A stretch of 64,000 nucleotides of DNA from assembly GCF_001194135.2 (NCBI RefSeq), contig NC_068981.1, forward strand, positions 146,691,102-146,755,101. Reading direction: 5' to 3'. Positions within the stretch are counted from its first letter, which is position 1. Each line of letters begins with the position of its first letter. The translations under genes were made by a program, and so were the position numbers. The notes under the pieces are model-generated. The model was not told the origin of the DNA and did not search any database. It was given only the letters and a program-made list of their open reading frames with translations. Shown here in pieces: positions 12,680-27,051 of this stretch. The DNA comes from Octopus bimaculoides (Eukaryota).

Positions 12680-13920
12680 ATGTAAAGATTGGAAGCAAAA
12701 AGATGTGCAAGGAAGGACTACAACAGCAATAGCAGAGAAAATAAAAATAGTTAGAAGAGAAGCTAGACAACAAGTCTATCTAGCAAGGGGGCAAAGCATA
12801 AAGAAAGAAGTTTGCCAATATTCAAGAGTGTGATGACCAAAGGCATGACGTGTTTTGGATTGCAAAACAGTGCATGAGGAAGAAGAGCAGAAGTAGTCAT
12901 TATAGTTGACAACAGTATAATAGATAAAGCAATTAGGGATATGGAGACAGGGAAGGCCCCCTGCTCCATCAGGAATTACTGCTGAGATGCTTAAAATATC
13001 AGGGGGAGTGGAATATGGATTAGCCACCCATTTAGTTAATCAGCTAGATCAAAAAGGTATATCTAATGACTGGTGTAGCAACATTATAGTTAACTGTTAC
13101 AAGGGTAAATGAGATGTCTTAGAGAGAAGTAATTATATAGGTACCAAATTGCTGGACCAGTTATGAAAGTTATAGAAAGGGTTATTATAACTCAACTAAT
13201 TATGAAGAGAGCCAGCCTAGATGAGATATAGTTTGGTTTTGTGCTCAGGTGAAGCACTACTTATGCTATCATTCTAGGAAGTTAACTGAGGAGAAGGAGC
13301 CAAAATTAAACTACTGTACTTGGCATTCATTAACATGTAGAAAGCTTTGACAGGATCCCTTGCTCTGTCATCTGGTGGTCATTGTAGAAGTTATGGTAGA
13401 CAAATGGCTGGTGAGAGCCATCCAAGCCATATACAAGGTGAGAGTAAGCAGTGAATACAGTAACAAATTTAGTGGAAATTCCTCTATGCTGATGATCTTG
13501 TTCATATAGCTGACTCTATAGTAGAATTAGAAAAAAAATTACAGGTATTGACACAAAACCTGGAATCAAAGGACCTTAAAGCAAACCTAGTATAAACCAA
13601 AGTTCTAGTAAGCAGAAAAACAAACCATTAATCCTTTCAGGAAAATAGCCCTGTAGAAAAGCTATTGGTAAAAATTCCATGCAGTGTACTCAGTGCAAAT
13701 CGTGGACACTTTACGATGGAATCACAGGAAAGTTAATAAAGAAAGTAGGCTGCACATTGCAGATATGCAAGAGCAATATACAATAAGAACACACCAAAAA
13801 TAAATTTCCTTGAACTCCCAGGAGAGTTCTTACAGGTAGTAGATTGTTTCTGTAACCTAAATGACCTAAGTAGCAGTGGAGGACTGCACAAAGCATTGCT
13901 AATCACAAAATATGGCCAGA
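12680..13920 (+). mobile_element. Degraded RTE LINE RT fragment
   Basis: Colinear with the RTE at 20195-23640; TATGCTGATGATCTT (YADDL) near 13484; preceded by a family C tail at 12502-12680. Confidence 0.75.
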
Positions 13921-13967
13921 ACCTGTGGAAGAGGGAGACCCAGGAGGATGTGGGACAAAGAATTACA

Positions 13968-14195
13968 GGTAAGCTCACCACCATCAATTCATCACAGGAG
14001 AGTTCACTGCCATCCATTCACCATAAGGAAAGTTTACCAAGAAAATATATCCATAATATCTAAGCATTAAACTATTTAAAATAAAAAAAGCTTTTAATAA
14101 TAAAAACTATTTTATTGAAAAAATGAAAGTAATGGAGATCAAAACGTGCAATCAGTGAACATTCCTAGCAGTGAATTGATGATAGTGAATTTACC
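13968..14195. mobile_element. Putative MITE with about 42-bp imperfect TIRs
   Basis: GGTAAGCTCACCACCATCAATTCA.. vs ..TGAATTGATGATAGTGAATTTACC; no clear TSD. Confidence 0.4.
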
Positions 14196-15310
14196 AGACA
14201 TGGAGACAAAGTAGTGAAGAATGACCTCCAGATGTTGAACCTCACAGAGGAGATGTAGACCAATATGATAGATGATTTGCTATGCTCAAGACAACCTGTC
14301 CATCTCAGGGAAAATGAGGCTCTAAATGCATATCATTTATGTCTATGCTCCTGCACTAAATCTCCCCGATGAGCCTCTTCCCCACAACTCATCTTCCTAA
14401 TACCTATCCCTCAATCACTCTAAGGCACTGTCCACTCAGCTGCTGTAATTACATGAGAACAGAAGTGCATATATTTCAACCCCCACTTTTGTGCTACCAC
14501 TCACCCTCCCTGGAACCACTTCTTATGTCTCTTGCGCTGTCAGTATCATCCCTTACCACCTTAATTTCCACTGAACACTCCTTTCACCTCCCCTTCTCGT
14601 CCCTACATCTTCTCATTCTCTCAAAAGCAGCCCTGCTATCTCTGTTTGTCACCCACTATTTCCACCCCTACGTACCTCAGACTTTGTCCCTGGAACTGTG
14701 CATCTTTCTTGCACCCCACCCACCACACACTTCACGTCATCTGTGCTGCTATCTATTATAACTATGACCCATTCCTATTTCCTCCACCTCCACCACTACA
14801 GCCCCCCCCCAAAAAAAAACATGTATTTTCTTGTGATTACACCACTTGTGTGCACCATTTACTGCATTCATCTCTATCCATCTGCCATACTACTTCCACA
14901 CTCTCATGAACTTACCTACACATTCACCTGGTCCAACCTTCTGGGCTACTTTTCTCATATATCATCTTCCAGTAACTATAGGATATGCCTACACCTCTTC
15001 ACTGCTATCTTTTCTCTTTTGTTAACTGGGACCACATATCTCCTATACAGCAAGACACCTGTTCCTGTACCTCTATCATACTTTACCCTTTTGTCACCTA
15101 GTATAAGGCCACCTCCCTCAATAACCCACCCCACTCAGTTGAGGGGTCATACCTTGAGAGTTACTTGCAGTCATTAGGGCTTGGTACAGTCCTCTGGCCC
15201 ATCACTCCTGATGTACTGTCCAACCCATGCCAGCATGGAAAACGGACGTTAAATGTCGATGATGATGACATATATATATATATGTGTGTCTGCATGTATA
15301 TAATCTATAA

Positions 15311-15345
<35 letters not shown>

Positions 15346-15352
15346 GCAAACA

Positions 15353-15470
15353 GGACACAGTCGTGTGTCGATAAGCCAGCTGGAGGAGATGTCCTCCTGG
15401 GGCTAAAAGCAACAGTAACATCCACCCCTAGGGGTCAGCCACACTTAAGTGGCAATATACTACACTTTAT
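15353..15470. mobile_element. Fragment of the foldback family seen at 40741-41295
   Basis: GCCAGCTGGAGGAGATGTC.TCCTGGGG...GGGTCAGC.ACA.TTA.GTGGCAATATAC matches the right arm there. Confidence 0.65.
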
Positions 15471-15521
15471 CGTGCAGTTACTGTTAATACTTCATTTAGA
15501 GAATTAACATTGCTTATATAT

Positions 15522-15731
15522 NNNNNNNNNNNNNNNNNNNNNNNNNNNNNNNNNNNNNNNNNNNNNNNNNNNNNNNNNNNNNNNNNNNNNNNNNNNNNNN
15601 NNNNNNNNNNNNNNNNNNNNNNNNNNNNNNNNNNNNNNNNNNNNNNNNNNNNNNNNNNNNNNNNNNNNNNNNNNNNNNNNNNNNNNNNNNNNNNNNNNNN
15701 NNNNNNNNNNNNNNNNNNNNNNNNNNNNNNN
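15522..15731. other. Assembly gap (others at 3734-3794, 5631-5676, 8365-8437, 59931-60043)
   Basis: N runs, mostly next to microsatellites or SINEs. Confidence 0.99.
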
Positions 15732-15805
15732 ATATATAGTTGGAATTTACAAAAAAAAGCAAGACGAAGACAGGTGTATAAACAACAAACAAGTGTATTA
15801 GTTTA

Positions 15806-15844
<39 letters not shown>

Positions 15845-16373
15845 TGTGTGCATGTAATATGTGTGTGCCTGTACGTATTATATATGTATTAATGCATATA
15901 TAAATATATATAAATACGAATAAATACATGCGCAAGTGTATATACGTAAATATGTGTGTACATATACATACGTACAAATGTGTGTGTGTGTGTGTAGATA
16001 ATTATTATTCTGATTAGGATATGATAAAAATATATCGGTGAAACCTTATTGCAATAATGTGCCAACCTTGCATCTAAATCATCATATTCGATGTTGATCT
16101 GGGGGAACTTTGCTAATGGCTGCCCTCAGTAAAACACTTGGCTTTTTTTTAAATAATATACAGATTTGTAACCTTACTTTACATATTTAAACACGATTTA
16201 TATCCTATTCTAATATCTTACGATGATATTGCGTATTGCAATAGATGAAACGAACACGATTTTAATGATGGAGGAGTATAAACATTTTACGACGTTTCTA
16301 TTATTTTTTACTGACAACATAGAATTGTTTATATCGTTCTCAGAACGATATAAATATAGTCAATTAGAGATAC

Positions 16374-16443
<70 letters not shown>

Positions 16444-18103
16444 GTATGTATGTATACATGTTACGGTTTACAAATGAAAAGCATATATAAGTATGTGGCG
16501 TGTGTATGTATACATATATACATACATACATACATACACACACACTCAGAGGCTTTCATTTGTGAATCCTAGCATGAGTTATATACACATAAATATATGT
16601 ATGTGTGTGTGTGTAATGAAAAAGTATATCTTCAGGTAAAGATTTATAAACGAAAGAAAGCGTGTGTTATACGCTTTCTCTAATTTATAAATATTAACGT
16701 GAAATTAGACATATAATATACATACATCAGTATGCATATTATACATACGTATATAAGTATAGGTACACATATTTATACACATAGTCATGTAAAGATTTAC
16801 ATATGAGAAAATGGAGTGTATGTATGTATACATGTATATATATGTGTGTGTGTAGACTAGATGTATGTAAAAATTGCGTGCGTGTATAAAATTGTTTATA
16901 TCGTTGTATGAATCTGCGAATCGTTTATGGACTGTTGAGCAAACAGGTTGTTTATTTATTCTTCAGTTTTACCAAAAAAGAAAAAATAAGGCTATTTAAT
17001 TAATAATTAATTATTGCAAAAACTGCTCTGACAACGTTTATTATCAGGAACCTTAATACTGATACCAAATTTCAAACATAAACATCTAGTACAATCCATG
17101 TTTGCGAAATGAGTTGATTTTGTTTTATGCGTGTGTGTATGTGTGTGTGTGCCTTTTTTTTGGAATGACTCAGTCTTGAATTTAAAAACAAGTGAAACCA
17201 TTTTAACTATCAACAAAATAACGATTCTGCAACAATATACTGCAAAACCTCACATATGTAATCTAATGATGTGAAAAACAAGGATTTATTTATGTCTATA
17301 AATTAAGGTGATGAAGTGATAAGTGAACTTTAGACAACTCTAATCATCGAACATAAACGAGATCTAACAAGTTCGTTCGGATGAGGTGAGATGTTTTCAA
17401 GATAACCATTCTTAAACTAAACAGAGAAATATTAACTTTGTGAATCACGAAAATAATTAACAATAAAAGATTAAATTTTTGAGTGCATGAAATTCCTTTT
17501 TCATCTTTAACTAACCTTTAAAATTCCTTTCGTGTACATAAAGTTTCATCCGCATTTTTTTGGTCGCTTGTATCATTCTGTGACAACTTTCTGTTTTCTT
17601 ATTGATAACTCCATGAGTAGGTGTCAGCAATTACAGCGCACAAGAAAAAACAAATCCTCGCTAGAACAGATTCTCTGTTCTAAGTTAATGATCTTGATCC
17701 TGTGTGGATCAAAGAATTGGTAGATCGACGATCTACCTGAAATAATTCCTAAAACTATATCACACGAACATGACGCATCGCCTTTTCTTTTCCTTGTTTG
17801 TTTTCTTTTTCCTCTCCTTCCTTCGGTTTCATACGGTGTCAAAGGAAAAACGTAACCTTGATAATTTAAGCCCACTGACTGTACTATTAAGACTTTTTTC
17901 GGCAATTACATTAATAGTAACGGCTTTATTTTTCTCGTAAAGATATATGGTTGTGTTTAAAGAACATTATAGCTATATGTTACTGAAATGTTATATTCTT
18001 TATAAATTGCTGATCATTGTCAATTGTTCATTGAATAAATACATTTTGATAAAGGATCTCATTTTCATTCATGATCACTAAAGTTAACCGATTCATCATT
18101 TGA

Positions 18104-18141
18104 CCGCCATTTGTTAACAACAATTTGTCTACTTCCGGAAG
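18104..18141. promoter_or_regulatory. Candidate core-promoter motifs in a CpG-retaining domain
   Basis: YY1-like CCGCCATTT (18104) and palindromic double ETS site CTTCCGGAAG (18132-18141). Confidence 0.35.
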
Positions 18142-19374
18142 GAAAACAATCATAATTAAAATATGCCTTTTGATGATAACCCAATTCTTGATTATAACTT
18201 ACGTCGCAACTAATCTTTATTGCAACGGTGTAACAGCGGTCCTAACTGCATCTGACATTATCCTCTCGGATTTTAAGCATTAGTGTTACAACAGAAACCG
18301 TAAAACGAATTAATATATATATTGCAGGAACAAGTGTATATTATTAGCCTTCGAGTTTTCATGTGGCCGGACAATGTAATGGACATCAAAATCAAAGGCC
18401 AAGACAAAGTATCACAGCTGCTAGAATGCTGCCATGAAATTTTCCAAAAGGATTCAACTTGGTCAGCAGGTGGTTGCTTAATAAGACTGAGATCGATTTC
18501 ACTATAAAAACTTAAACTGTCCAGGAAGAAAACACAATGTTGGTCTGAGTTAGGAATCTTTAAATTCGCAAAGCAATATGCCTGCGATGTTAAGTTCACT
18601 AAGCCAATTTTTGCTTCTAAGCCAACAACTGTTGGTTGCTAAGAAAGCACTAAGCCAACAACTATTTCACCATAGGGAATAATATGAAATTTTTCAATTC
18701 ATTAAGACAAAGCAGTTTTTATGAGTATCTGATTCAATCTATTGAAATTGCTAGCAGTAATTAGAGAAAACTAACTGCAGTTAGCATGAAACACTTGAAT
18801 TACTCTAAAATAAAAATATGATCATATTGTGGACAGAAAGAGCATAGTACAAATGCATGACTATTAATACTCAAGGTTTTGTCTACCTTATGACAAGCAA
18901 TGCAATTACTGCAAATGTGATGAAGAATTTGACAATGTGCTACATAAAGGACAGACTCAAAAGTAAAAGAGTTCTCACAGATGGCAATGAAAGTGCTGTA
19001 TTTGATGCATGAATACATCAAGAAAGCAAACACAACTATACAATCAACATGAAATATTGTTAGATTATCACATAAGCAATAAACTGTATGATATTTATTA
19101 ATATTCCTATTATTTCCAAGGATTGCCACAGTTTTGGAATTCTCCATTAGTATACAACCAAAATGCAGTCAGTGGCTGACACAAGATGTTAAAGTTACAT
19201 TAGTGTTGTGATGAAATAAAGATAACAGATTGCTTAGTATTCAGGAAATATAAACTTGTTCCAGTTACAGTACAAATGCACATAGCAAATAATAAAAGTA
19301 TTAGAATTGTTAGGATATTGATCCATGGAATTAATACAAAGAAGAAAGCATTGCATAATCTTTTATTCTTTATT

Positions 19375-19720
19375 TGTTTCAACCATTGGACTGCAACCAT
19401 ACTGGGGCACTGCCTTGAAGGGTTTAGTCAAACAAATCAACCAAAATATCTACTTTTAAATCTAGTACTTATTCTATCAATTTCTTTTGCCAAACTGGTA
19501 AGTTATGGGGATGTAAACAAACCAACACTGGTTGTCAAGCAGTGGTGGGGGAAGACAGTCAAACACTCATATGTGTGTGTGTATATATAATATACAAGGC
19601 AGGCTTCCACACAGTTTCCATCTGCCAAAGTATTGGTCAGCCCAGGGTTATAGTAGAAGACACTTGCCCAAGATGCTATGCAATGGGACTGAACCCAAAA
19701 CCAGTTGGTTGCTAAGAAAG
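19375..19720 (-). mobile_element. SINE family A, diverged
   Basis: Similar to 548-1029. Confidence 0.7.
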
Positions 19721-20194
19721 CTTGATAAAGAATTTTCTGAAAGTTACAACAACATACACATCCAATCATTAATTAGCCCAAATGCCAACATCCCCCGCAA
19801 ATTCTAGCAACTTTGCCTTACTCTCTGGCCATGAAATCAATCATCTAAGATGACAATTACAACTTTTGACACTCTCGAATTCAACTACATTCAATACATG
19901 TGAATAAACAGCCTCTTCCTTTCATGAAAGGTCTGCTAATGAAGCACACAATAAACCACATTCTTGAATCAGTGGCTCACCTATTCCAGTTCCTCTCTGT
20001 TTGCAGATGGAGAACCAGTTACATGATATCACTAAATAGTAATATGTACCAAGAAGGAATGAAAATAATTTTTACACTGTTGATTTTCAAGCATTGAATG
20101 TGAATATTATATGTAATATTCACTATATATTTCTTCATTTCATCAAGCAAGATCTGTTCCATTTGGTAAAGAGAAAACTGCCTGGAGTGCTTGG

Positions 20195-23100
20195 AATCAT
20201 CATCAGCATAATTTAACGTCCGTTGTGCATGCTGGTATGGGTTGGATGGTTTGACCAGGGCAGGTAAGGTGGAAGGTTACACCAGACTCCAGTGTGATTT
20301 GACATGGTTTCTACAGCTGGATGCCCATTTTAATGCCAACCACTCTGAAAGTGTAATAGGTGCTTTTACATGCCACTGGCATGGGTGCCATTTGCATGAC
20401 ACCAGTATCTGCCATAACTGCAGTTTGCTGAGCATGATGGGTCTTCTTCTCAAGCACGGCATAATGCCAAAGGTCTTGGTCTTGAAAGGAGCTCAGCCAC
20501 TCTACCTTCATGAGGCCTAATGCTTGAAAGGTGCATTTTATGTGCCACCAGTACAGGTGCCAGTAACATGACACCAGTATCAGCCACAACTATGATTTCT
20601 CGTTGCTTGATGGGTCTCCTCATGCACAGCACATTGTCAAAGGTCTCAGTCACCAGTCATTGCCTCCATGATGCCCACAGTTTGAAGATCATGCTTCACC
20701 ACCTCTTCCCATGTCTTCCTGGGTCTACCACTACTACAGGTTCCCTCCACAATTAGAAACCAGTACTTCTTTACACAGCTGTCGTCATCCATATGCATCA
20801 CATGACCATACCAGCACAGTTGTCTTTCTTGCACACCACATCTTATGCCTAACTTTTCTTTCAAGATGCTTACACTCTGTCAAACATGCACACTGATATT
20901 GCACATCCAGTGAAGCATACTGGCTTCATTTCTTTCAAGCCTATGCAATTCCTCAGTTGCCACAGCCCATGTTCCACTGCCATGTAGCAAAGCTGTTCGC
21001 ACATAGGCATCATACAATCTGTCTTTCACTCTGAGAGAGAGGCCCTTCATTGTCAGTAGAGGTAGGAGCTCTCTGAACTTTGCCCATCCTAATCTTATTC
21101 TCACAGCTACACTCTCGGAGCGTCCACTTCCACTACTAATTTGGTCACCTAGATAATGGAAGCTATCTACTACCTCTAGCCTACTGCTCTGGTAGTTGAT
21201 GGAGTCTATTTTCTGTGCATTTTTGGTGTTTACTGTACTCTGTGCACCTTCCACACACAAAAGTGATTTTCCCCGTTAACCTTCTAATATTGCTGCACTT
21301 TTTATGTGTCCAAAGCTTACACCGGGTGCATCTTATGGAGTTTCTACTTATGCTTTTTCTACAGATTGAGCAGGGCCATCTTCCTGATGGAATTTGTGAT
21401 TTATCTGTCTTCCTACTTACTAAGACTTTACTTTTTGCTAGGTTAACTCAAAGGCCCTTTGATTCTAGACCTTGCTTCCATACCTAGAACTTCTCTAATT
21501 CTGTTAGTGATTCAGCTATAAGAATAAGGTCGTCAGTATAGAGGAGCTCCCAGGGGCAGCCTGTCTTAAATTCCTCTGTTATTGCCTAGAGGACTATGAT
21601 GAACAAGGGGGAACTGTGGACCAATTCTTGATAAACTCCTACTTGTACCCTGAATTTTTCACAACTTGTTGCCAACTCTCACTTTACTGGTAGCATCTCT
21701 GTACATGGCTTGTACAGATCTCACCAACACTTGCTATACCTAATTTCTACATTGACCACTAGATAAAGAATTGGATGACCCTGTCAAAAGCTTTCACCAA
21801 GTCAACAAAAGCCAAGTGCGGGGGTTTATCTTTGGCTAGGAATTTCTCCTGCAGCTGCCTTACTAGAAATATAGCATCAGTGGTGCTTCTCCTTGGCACA
21901 AAACCAAACTGCATCTCATCAACACTAACTCTCTCCCTAATTAGTCAGGCTATGACTCTCTCTCTGTAACTTTCATCACCTGATCCAACAATTTGATAAC
22001 TCTATAATTATTTCTATCTAAGGCATCACCTTTACCTTTGTAGCTGTTGACTATGGTACTGCTACACCAGTCATTGGATATGACTCCTTTGTGAACCACC
22101 TGATTTGCAATACAAGTGACTAGACTATAACCCACACTGCCAGATATTTTAAGGATCTCAACAGTGATTCCTGGGGGCTTTCCCTGTCTTCATTACCAAG
22201 GTATTGTTGAGTCAGGTAGCTGGTCACTCAACTGGCAGACTCTCCTCCTCCCATTCATTCTCCATGTTCAATAGTCTTTCATAATGGCATTTCCAAGCCT
22301 CTTTCTTTGCAGAATCATTAAACGCAAGTGCACCTTCATCCATGTGGACACATTTCTCTCCTATGATATTACAATTTTCTCACACACTGTCTTGCGATCT
22401 TCAATTCATTGGCACTCATGTTGCTGAACACAGGCAAACTTCTTCTTTTCTGCTTCCCTTCTGGCTATCTGATATAGTTCCCTGCTCCCCCTACTATTCC
22501 AGGTCTGTTTCTATGTTCAAATGGCTCTGTCTACAGCATCGTTCCACCACCATGTTACCCTAGGTCTGGATGGGACTTTGCACCAGCTGCAGATTTGATC
22601 TGTGGCCCTCAGCAAGCTGCCTCATAGGAATTCCCTCATTGCCCTCTATATCACAAGTCTGTAGCTCCTCCTCCCTCTCATCAAATTTCTCAATTAGGAT
22701 ATCCCTAAATCTCTGACCATATGAAGGGTCCTTAAGCTTCCAAATCCTTCTTTTCCAGATTGATCTGCTTCTTGGCATCCTTCTGGCCTGGAATCTAAAG
22801 TCACTAATGACTAGTCTATGCTGGTGGGTACATTCTTCACCAGAGAGGGTCTTTGCATTTAAGAGCAACCATGCATCCTGCTGTCTGGTGAGAATGTAAT
22901 CAATCTGGCTTGCACAGTCACCTGACTGGTAGGTTATCAGGTGGCTGTCTGGCTTCCTAAAGTTGGTGTTGCAGAGCTATAGGTTATTTGCATCACAGAA
23001 CTCCAGTAGCCTTGTTCCCTCTTTGTTTTGGGAACCAATTTCATGGCCCCCATGTACACCATGGAAGATACCAGGCTACCATCTGACATGCACATTGATA

Positions 23101-23640
23101 TCCCCAGCTACAAAGATGAGATCATTGTCATTCATCTTTGAGGTAACCTGTAGAAGTATATCATAAAAGTGGTCCTTCTTTTCATTTGGTAGGCCTGCTT
23201 GTTGGGTATAGGTAGAGATAATTGTCACTATACTATTCCGCAAGACTAGCCTCAGCTTAAGTACTATTGCATACTCTGACTACCTCTATGACCTTATCCA
23301 CCCATTTCTATGCAAGGAGTATGCCCACACCACCTATTCCATCATTGTTACCTTCCCAGAAGATTTTATACATATGTGTCTTTCCTGTGAGGAACCTGGC
23401 TGAAGCTCCTCTCCACCTCTCTTGAATGCAACATACATCAACATGCCTCCAGTCAAGCATCTCAACGATCTCACTAGACCTACCTTTCAATGTGCCTACA
23501 TTGGCAATGCCAACTCTGAAAACTGGGAAAGGGACATGGGAGGGAACATAGGAAGGAAAGATGGTATTCAGCACCTTAAAGAAGGTTTCAATGATCATTT
23601 AATAACAGACATGTCACACCAGTTGTTCTTGCTTTAAACT
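20195..23640 (-). mobile_element. Near full-length degraded RTE LINE (APE endonuclease + RT)
   Basis: APE start FRVGIANVGTLKGRSSEIVEML..VDVCCIQE; RT PWELLYTDDL; C-terminal QERQLCWYGHV..GRPRKTWEEVV; family C 3' tail; many stops and frameshifts. Confidence 0.9.
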
Positions 23641-24770
23641 ACCATCTTTCAAACATGTTAAAATTGTTGCCCCTATTGTTGGGGAGTGTAGTGTAAGCAT
23701 TGTAAATATAAGTGTTACAGCTGCAAATATAAATAGGACAATGTTTAAATTAGGTAAGTAAGTAAATGAGCTGCTATTGGTTAGTCCATTATATATAGAG
23801 AGAAAGAGGTAGATGGTTTGTTAATTTATTAGGTAACACATCCCCCTTTTGGAGCATGCAGTAGTGTCAATGATTGGTGATGGTGGTGGTCTTCTGGTAC
23901 AGAAGTGAGGCAGTGCCCTGTAGGGGTTTCCAGTATAGGTGGTGGGGGTAGGAGTGGGTGGGCACATCGCAAACAAGCAATGGCCAGCTACACCTCAAGA
24001 AATAGCAGTAAGAAAACACTAGTGAGACAGAGAAAGAGAGAGACCTGAAAGACTTCATCGCTTGGGGAAAGCATAACAAGAGTGAAAAAGACATAAGTTA
24101 TAAGACAAGGTGAGAATGTTTATGAATTTTAGAGAAAGAGGGAGAAGTTTGAGGAAATCGTGGGAAAGGAAACATGGCAAAGTATGGTAACACATGGGTT
24201 ATGAAATGCAGAGAGGATATTGCAAAGGATTGATAGAATTACAATTTGAAAGTTATTTGAAGTATTTAAAGAATTACAAGTTGCGAAAGTTATTTTAACT
24301 CAAACAGCAATATAGAATCCTAAGAAATTCATATTAGATGAAATCACTGTAAAATTGACTTTATAAAAAAGTAATTTCAAACAATCTTAGGCATTCCAGT
24401 TCTTTAAAGGAACATAGAAGCATCACACCTTGGGTAAATGTTATCTACTTTAGTCATAGGTTGAACAAAGCTTTGTGAGTGAATTTAGTAGATGGAATGT
24501 GGTTACTATACAAGCAAACATCACCTGTGTGCAGTTCTGTGTAGATTGCCTTTTTCGTCATTTTGTTTTTTTCCTTTACACTCCACCTGTCTGAAATGTC
24601 AAAATTAACTCTTCCCACTTCAACAAGCATGTAAAACTAATAATTTTTATTAGAAACTTATCTTGTCTGGTGAGTGAGTGACTTTTTTTCCCCACTCTCT
24701 ATCTCCCTCTAATAACGTCCAACCAACCCATACCAGCATAGAAAACTGACGTAAAATGATGATGACGACA

Positions 24771-24839
24771 TACAAGGTGTCCATAAATTATCTTTACAAC
24801 TTCCACAATGTATGATATCAAATTGTAAAGCGAACTGTA
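24771..24839. mobile_element. Tiny Tc1/mariner MITE relic
   Basis: TACAAGGTGTCCATAAATTATCTTTACAA..TTGTAAAG..CTGTA. Confidence 0.35.
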
Positions 24840-24878
24840 CGTACAAAATTTGTATATCACCAATATTCAGATTTAGAT

Positions 24879-25098
24879 TTAGCATTCAGATTAATCTATC
24901 AAATGTAATGTTTATTTATTCACAATGTTTTGAATTAATCATGGCGTATCTCGTAGCTTTGACATTTCAATGATGTGATTGTTTATTCTGAGAATGACGT
25001 AGTAGGGTAGGTGCAAGGGACAGGATCTAGCAAGTTTGAACAGAAAACAGGAAGATAATTTGGGTTGGATATGGCTTGTTTAAATGCTAAAGCATTAA
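24879..25098. mobile_element. piggyBac-type MITE, decayed ends
   Basis: TTTAGCATTCAG...TAAATGCTAAAGCATTAA resembles TTAA-CCCTTT...AAAGGG-TTAA elements. Confidence 0.4.
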
Positions 25099-25099
25099 G

Positions 25100-25320
25100 G
25101 TGGAGAGCTGACAATATTATTAGAGCATTTAGGAAAATGTGCTTTGCAGTATTACTTCCGGTTCTTTACGCTCTGAGTTCGAATCCCGCCAAGATCAGCT
25201 TCACCTTTCGTCCTTTTGGAGATCGATAAATGAAGTAACAGTCGTGTACCAAGGGCGATGGTATGAACTAACCCATCACCTCAAAATTAGTGACCCTGTA
25301 ACTAAACTAGAAACCATTAT
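25100..25320 (+). mobile_element. SINE family B
   Basis: B box GAGTTCGAATCCC; core ACCTTTCGTCCTTTTGGAGATCGATAAAT. Confidence 0.7.
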
Positions 25321-26534
25321 ACATCTCCAATGACTTGAAGCAGTCACGACTAAAGAGTTACTTCCCTTACATTGAAAATTTTATTCGGCATCTTCAGAAA
25401 TTCCTTTTTAAAAAATAAATTAGTTGAACTAAGACCATACTTGGCCACTGCTGTCAAAGGATTTCAGCTGTTCATATCTGCTCTAGAACTTGGTAATTGT
25501 TTTATCAGCAATGGAAGCGGAGAAAAGGCAAAACCCAATCAGGAGTACATGGGAGATAACCGATAGGAACGAAACCAGTTTGATATATTTTTTGCTATCA
25601 CACACACATACACTTAAAAGTACTTTAGAAAATGACAATAACACAATTCTGATTTCATTTCGCAATGATTTGTATAAACTATGCTACTTATATTTATATA
25701 TTTATACTTTCTACAAGGCCTGAAATTTAGTGGGGAGGTGCTAGTTGATTACATTGATACCAGTGCTCATTAGGTACTTATTTTATTGACCCCAAAAAGA
25801 TGAAAGGCAAAGTTACCTTCGACAAGATTTGAACTTGGTGGTATTTCTTCCAGTTCTTTACAATCTAAGTCCAGCACAATAACAATTCTGCCAACTCAAA
25901 CAGAAAGTTTTGGAATATCATGGAACTGGGATTATGTATAAGTGTATTTATATCAAAATCATTTAGATATTATCTGGATCGGTGCTCCACAACCAGTATA
26001 CTGTAGCGCACTGGTGTATCACATGACGATGCTAGGTGTGCTATAGTGTAACCTAATATAATTTTTTTCCCTATCCTTTTAGTTGTATTTTTGAAAAGAG
26101 TGTAAGTGTACCACAGGTGAAAAATGGTTGTGGAGCACTGGTCTAGATTAATGTGATGTGTATTTAACACATAAATTGACTTATATTTTGAGAGTAGGTT
26201 TACAGTCTAGACAATGTTTTAGACTTTGACTTCGAAGACTAGTTTTCATTATGTTCATATATGCTCAATTATTCACAGTTTATATTTTTACTTCCTTTTA
26301 ACTTGTGCCAATATATATTTTATTTTTTTAAATGAGTTTAGTAAGCATTATCAATTTAATTTTAAACAAAAATTTAAAAAAACGAAAATCTTCTTTGAAC
26401 TTTCTTATATTTTAGTATTTTGCATTTTGTACTGATAACAATTTTGATTGAATATAATAATTAGATATGCTCTATCTAGAATTTTTTTTTAATATGTATA
26501 CGTGTGTGTTTGTGTGTCTGTGTTGAGTGTGCGT

Positions 26535-26570
<36 letters not shown>

Positions 26571-26631
26571 ATTCGTGTCTGTATAACAGAGAATGAGAGA
26601 GTGATGAGGGTAAAAACGAGAAGCTGAAACT

Positions 26632-26684
<53 letters not shown>

Positions 26685-27051
26685 ACACAGTTCTGACTGT
26701 TAGTTAACAAAGTTTGCTTCTCAAACATGTGGCCTTGAGTTTGATTCCACCATGTGGTACCTTGAGCAAGTGTCTTCTAGTATAGTCCAGGGCTTATCAA
26801 AGCCTTGCGAGTGGAGTTGATAAGTGGAAACTGAAAGAAGCCCAATGTGTGTGTGTGTGTGCACCCTAGTCATGACACCACATGGTGGTGATTATGTTTA
26901 CATAATCACTGTCATACAAGTAAGGTTGTTCATTTCCAGTCTTCCATGAAAAACATATCTGGTCAAGAGAAAATACTACCTTGCCTGAAAACAAGTGAGG
27001 GTTGGTGATAGAAAGTGTTTTCTGACTGCAGAAAATTTTCCACAAAAAATA

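Noticed and set aside
14369-15177. 130- and 159-aa ORFs in pyrimidine-rich sequence
   Set aside because: Low-complexity L/S/P/H composition with no recognisable domain; probably decayed repeat.
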